A stretch of 19,466 nucleotides of DNA from a virus. Its lineage: Duplodnaviria; Heunggongvirae; Uroviricota; Caudoviricetes. The notes below the pieces were generated by a model, which saw only the letters and a program-made list of their open reading frames with translations, was not told where the DNA came from and did not search any database. The stretch lies in the IMG/VR virus record IMGVR_UViG_2531839662_000028, positions 1 through 19,466 of that record. One strand, written 5' to 3'. A program made the translations under genes and the position numbers. This document shows positions 15,930-19,466 of this stretch, one piece after another (position 1 is the first letter of the stretch; the number at the start of each line of letters is the position of its first letter).

Positions 15930-15978
15930 CTGCCTTCCGCATACTGACCGTCGGTAACCCCAAACGACGGAGACTGAC

Positions 15979-16941
15979 ATGCAACCGGAACTGCTGGCGC
16001 TGTGTTTTTCCCTGCCAGAACCCATCCCTGAGCTGACACCTGCTCAACTGCCGGAATGGCTTGAACTCGTCCCTGCGGGTGAGTTCACCGGGCGCGATGG
16101 CCGGACGTGGATTAACCGCAATCCGCATGAGGTGGTCACCCGCTCGTCCGACATCAAAATTCCGGTGGACATTGAACACGCCACCGAAATTAAAGGGCAA
16201 CGCGGTGATGAAGCCCCGGCGTATGGCTGGGTGGAAGAACTGCGCGTGACGGACAACGGCATCATTGAAGGGCGTGTTGTCTGGAGTGAATCCGCCAGGT
16301 GGATGCTGAGTGAGCGCCGCTACCGCTATTACAGCCCGGCGTTTTTCTTTGACGCAGACGGTGTGGTGACACGCCTGTCCAGCGTCGGGCTGACCAACAA
16401 ACCTAACCTGGATTTTCCTGCACTGAATACGGAGAAAAACCCGATGACAGTACCTGTGCAAATCACCGGCCTGCTTGGGCTGGCTGAATCTGCCACGGTG
16501 GACGATACCGTGGCCGCCATTAAACAACTTCAGGAGAACGAACAGGTGGCGCTGAACCGCGCACAGACACCTGACCTGACGAAGTTTGTGCCGGTGGAAA
16601 CCCACAATCTGGCACTGAACCGTGCCGAAACCGCAGAACAACGCCTTCAGCAACTGGAAGAGAAGGAAGCAGAAGCGCTTGTGGATGCGGCCATCGAAGC
16701 CGGAAAAGTGGCCCCGGCAAACCGTGACATGTTCCTTGCCACCTGCCGCACGGAAGAAGGCCGCAAACAATTTGCGGAATACACCAAAGGTGCACAGCCG
16801 CTGGTGAACAACGACAAGCCCAGCCAGGGCAAGGATAAACCCGCGCAGACACTGACCGACGCCGAACTGGCGATGTGCCACAGCATGGGTATTACCGGGG
16901 AAGAGTTCCTCGCCGCTAAACCTAAACAGGAGAATAACTGA
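15979..16941 (+). CDS. I: Head protease/scaffold protein (Mu I-like), 320 aa
   Basis: First gene after the F-I regulatory gap. N-terminal protease-like region and a C-terminal charged coiled-coil/scaffold-like region (QQLEEKEAEALVDAAIEAGK), immediately preceding the major head protein. Confidence 0.8.
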   Translation: MQPELLALCFSLPEPIPELTPAQLPEWLELVPAGEFTGRDGRTWINRNPHEVVTRSSDIKIPVDIEHATEIKGQRGDEAPAYGWVEELRVTDNGIIEGRVVWSESARWMLSERRYRYYSPAFFFDADGVVTRLSSVGLTNKPNLDFPALNTEKNPMTVPVQITGLLGLAESATVDDTVAAIKQLQENEQVALNRAQTPDLTKFVPVETHNLALNRAETAEQRLQQLEEKEAEALVDAAIEAGKVAPANRDMFLATCRTEEGRKQFAEYTKGAQPLVNNDKPSQGKDKPAQTLTDAELAMCHSMGITGEEFLAAKPKQENN

Positions 16942-17843
16942 TGGGAGCAGTCACTTCCGAAGTCCTTCACGCGCTGACCACCTGTCTGAGCGCCGCTTAT
17001 ACCCGTGGTCTGAGTGGTGTCACCCCACAATGGCAGCGCATCGCCTCTGAAATCCCGAGTTCGTCCGCTTCCAATACCTACGGCTGGATGAAAGATTTAC
17101 CGGAGATTAAGGAATGGGTCAGCGCCCGTCAGATGGCAACGCTGGACGGTTATGGTTACACCCTTGCGAACAAAACCTGGGAAAGTTCGATCCGCGTTAA
17201 ACGCGAACACATTGAAGACGATCAGATTGGTCAGTACAGCATTATCGCTGAACGCTATGGCCGCCAGACGTCAGAGTTCCCGGACAAGCTGTGTTACCCC
17301 CTGCTGTGTGCCGGGTTTAACACCCTGTGTTTTGACGGTCAGAACTTCTTTGATGAAGACCACCCGCTGGGCGACGGCACATACAGCAACGTTGTCGGCA
17401 CCCCGGCATCAGACCAGGGGGAACCGTGGTTTCTGATTGATGATTCTCAGGTACTGAAACCCATCATCTGGCAGACGCGACGCGCCTTTAAGTTTGAAGC
17501 ACTGGATGATCTGAACAGCGAGCACACCTTCAAGAATAACGAGTTCCTTTACGGGGTGGACGGTCGCTGCAATGCGGGCTTCGGCTTCTGGCAGACCGCC
17601 GTCGGTTCCCGTGCGGCACTGACAGCGGAGAACTACGAGAAGGCCAGCAATCTGCTGCTGGGTATGAAGGCCACCAACGGTGAACCGCTGGGCATCCGCC
17701 CGACCACCCTTGTGGTGGGGCCGAAAAACCGTGCAGCCGCGAAGCGCATCATTGACGCCATGCTGGTAAACGGCGGCGATTCCAACATCTGGTACAAGGA
17801 TGTGGATATCGTGGTCAGTCCGTTCATCACCACCCCGGCATAA
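16941..17843 (+). CDS. T: Major head (capsid) protein (Mu T-like), 300 aa
   Basis: 300 aa, directly after the protease/scaffold gene with ATGA-type overlap and AGGAG RBS; followed by a strong hairpin, typical of a highly expressed capsid gene. Confidence 0.82.
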   Translation: MGAVTSEVLHALTTCLSAAYTRGLSGVTPQWQRIASEIPSSSASNTYGWMKDLPEIKEWVSARQMATLDGYGYTLANKTWESSIRVKREHIEDDQIGQYSIIAERYGRQTSEFPDKLCYPLLCAGFNTLCFDGQNFFDEDHPLGDGTYSNVVGTPASDQGEPWFLIDDSQVLKPIIWQTRRAFKFEALDDLNSEHTFKNNEFLYGVDGRCNAGFGFWQTAVGSRAALTAENYEKASNLLLGMKATNGEPLGIRPTTLVVGPKNRAAAKRIIDAMLVNGGDSNIWYKDVDIVVSPFITTPA

Positions 17844-17867
17844 CCCGTCATCCGTAATCTGTAACCC

Positions 17868-17903
17868 GCAGTTAAAAGGCGCTGTGAATGCCCTTTTAAC
17901 TGC
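17868..17903 (+). other. Long perfect hairpin (12-bp stem GCAGTTAAAAGG / CCTTTTAACTGC, 12-nt loop) downstream of the major head gene
   Basis: Read directly from sequence in the 78-bp gap after T. Overlaps a second palindrome CTGCCTTTTAAAAGGCAG (17900-17917). No clean T-tract, so possibly an attenuator or RNA stability element rather than a full terminator. Confidence 0.45.
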
Positions 17904-17921
17904 CTTTTAAAAGGCAGAGTC

Positions 17922-18233
17922 ATGAGTGAAAAAGCAGGAACCAAAGGCGCGAAAGCCGCAAAGAACAGCGCAGCACAGGAAAACCCGGCACCGCTGGCAG
18001 ACGTTATTGTGGCTGACGGTCAGGCGAATGAACCACGTCCGGCTGAAGACCCGGTTACTGTACAGGGTGACGCCCCTGTCCGGCTGAACGTCCGGGCCGT
18101 GTCTGAAAACGGATTCTGGCGCTGTGGCCGTTTCTGGTCACATGCCGGTGAGGATGTGGCGGTGACCGCTGCGGTTGCCACCCGCCTGATGGCAGAGCCG
18201 AATCTGATTGTCCGGGAAGCGGAGAAAGGCTGA
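17922..18233 (+). CDS. Hypothetical head-associated protein (Mu gp35 position), 103 aa
   Basis: ORF between the major head gene and the gp36-like gene; Ala/Pro-rich N-terminus; host-like codon usage. Confidence 0.55.
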   Translation: MSEKAGTKGAKAAKNSAAQENPAPLADVIVADGQANEPRPAEDPVTVQGDAPVRLNVRAVSENGFWRCGRFWSHAGEDVAVTAAVATRLMAEPNLIVREAEKG

Positions 18234-18670
18234 TGGGGTATATCACGCAGGAAGACCTGTTACGCGCGGACGGCAATCTTGTCTGGAACATGGCGATTAA
18301 CCGGGAAACCAACGGGCTGGATGAAGACAAAATCCGTCAGGCCATCAGTGATGCTGAAGCGGAGATTGATTCGTTTCTGTCCCGCCGCTACCAGCTGCCG
18401 CTGGGGGTGACGGAAATCCCGCGCCCGCTGCAACGCGTGGCGGTATCGCTGGCGTTTTACTGGTTATCAGAGCGTGACAATCAAATCACGGAGCTGATCC
18501 AGAAACGCTACGACGACGCCATTAAAACCCTGCGTGAAATGGCGAACGGCACCCGTGATCTGGGCCTGCCGACGTATGCCACCCCGGCAGAAACCGACCA
18601 CGGGAAAATCATTGTGGTGGGTGCCAATGCCCGGCTGTTCACCCGTAACAACCTGAAAGGGGTGCTGTGA
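18233..18670 (+). CDS. Mu gp36-like protein (DUF1320-type, head completion candidate), 145 aa
   Basis: 145 aa; position after T and gp35-like; ATGA overlap with upstream gene and GGAGAAAGG RBS. Confidence 0.7.
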   Translation: MGYITQEDLLRADGNLVWNMAINRETNGLDEDKIRQAISDAEAEIDSFLSRRYQLPLGVTEIPRPLQRVAVSLAFYWLSERDNQITELIQKRYDDAIKTLREMANGTRDLGLPTYATPAETDHGKIIVVGANARLFTRNNLKGVL

Positions 18671-19212
18671 TGGGGATTTCTGTACAGGTCAGCGGTGACC
18701 AGCGGCTGGAGGATATCCGCCGTGCCGTTGAAAAACTGGCAGATGGTTCATTGCAGGCAGAGCTGCTGGAAAGCATCGGTGCGGTGGTGGAATCACAGAC
18801 CCGCCGCCGCATCATCGATGAGAAAACCAGTCCGGGTGGCGAACGCTGGCCGGACTGGTCTGACGGGTACAAAAAGACCCGCCACGGCAACCAGAGTCTG
18901 CTGCGTGGTGAAGGCCATCTGCTGGAGAGTATCCAGTACATCGTGGAAAACCGCGTGGTGCGTATCGGTTCACCGCTGGATTATGCCCGCATCATGAATG
19001 ATGGCTTTTCCGGCAGTGTGCCGGTCAGCGCCCACAAACGGCTTATCTCGCAGTGTTTCGGGCGGGCGCTGAAATATCCGGTCTGGCAGACCGTCGGCGC
19101 ACATAACCGCATGATGAACATTCCGCAACGTGAATTTCTGGGGCTGTCTTCTGCCAATCAGCAGGAGCTGCAACAGGTTATCAGTCATTTCTGGAAGGAG
19201 GTTCTGCCATGA
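18670..19212 (+). CDS. Virion morphogenesis protein (Mu gp37-like), 181 aa
   Basis: ATG at 18670 overlapping the upstream TGA; position after gp36-like; resembles the phage virion morphogenesis family by recollection. Confidence 0.65.
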   Translation: MGISVQVSGDQRLEDIRRAVEKLADGSLQAELLESIGAVVESQTRRRIIDEKTSPGGERWPDWSDGYKKTRHGNQSLLRGEGHLLESIQYIVENRVVRIGSPLDYARIMNDGFSGSVPVSAHKRLISQCFGRALKYPVWQTVGAHNRMMNIPQREFLGLSSANQQELQQVISHFWKEVLP

Positions 19213-19466
19213 CAGAACAACGCCCTGAACTGCGCACACCGGGGAGCACCGTTGCGGCCGCAGAGCGCATTGTGGCCTGGCTGAAAACAGCACTTCAGGG
19301 GAAAACCCCTGACCGGGCCGACGTGGTGGAGCGTCACATCGGCCAGTTCAACAGCCCGGAAGAAGTCAAACGCTATCTGTCCGGTCTCACCGGCTGTATC
19401 CGTGTCGCGGCCCTGCGTGTCCGGGATATCAACCCGCGCGGCGGGCTGTCCGGTCTGGTTACCTGG
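19210..19466 (+). CDS. Hypothetical late protein, 3'-truncated by window end (first ~85 codons)
   Basis: AAGGAGG at 19196-19202 followed by ATG at 19210; open to the window end; not in the ORF track because no stop is reached. Confidence 0.5.

Noticed and set aside
15811-16881. 356-aa minus-strand ORF spanning the F-I gap and most of gene I
   Set aside because: Antisense to the protease/scaffold gene and crossing a terminator-rich intergenic region. Composition is shadow-ORF-like with no RBS context, and all flanking genes are on the + strand.
1-19466. tRNA, rRNA or CRISPR loci
   Set aside because: No cloverleaf-like conserved tRNA features, rRNA-like stretches or regularly spaced short repeats were seen; the window is almost fully occupied by phage protein-coding genes.

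Overview
This window reads as the left ~19.5 kb of a Mu-family transposable prophage (enterobacterial-type codon usage), starting exactly at the stop codon of the repressor gene, so the left attachment end is not in the window. Order: leftward repressor c, AT-rich operator region, then a single rightward gene train of ner, DDE transposase A, AAA+ target-DNA activator B, a semi-essential accessory block (kil-like, Gam, several small unknowns), gemA and mor. After mor comes a low-GC secreted 'moron' ORF, then a lysis cassette (GH108-type endolysin plus membrane proteins and a TraR/DksA zinc finger), terminase small/large, portal, F-like head protein, protease/scaffold I, major head protein T and gp35/36/37-like proteins; the last ORF is cut by the window edge. 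Protein identifications are from my own reading of the translations (motifs, synteny, length), with no database search run. No rRNA, tRNA or CRISPR array was seen. Most worth a second look: an apparent absence of the Mu middle operon and C gene, with a low-GC secreted cargo ORF in its place; an identical 26-nt hairpin/T-tract element repeated ~50 bp upstream of the lysis operon and the head operon; two AT-rich acidic small ORFs before gemA; and a lysis cassette unlike the canonical Mu one.
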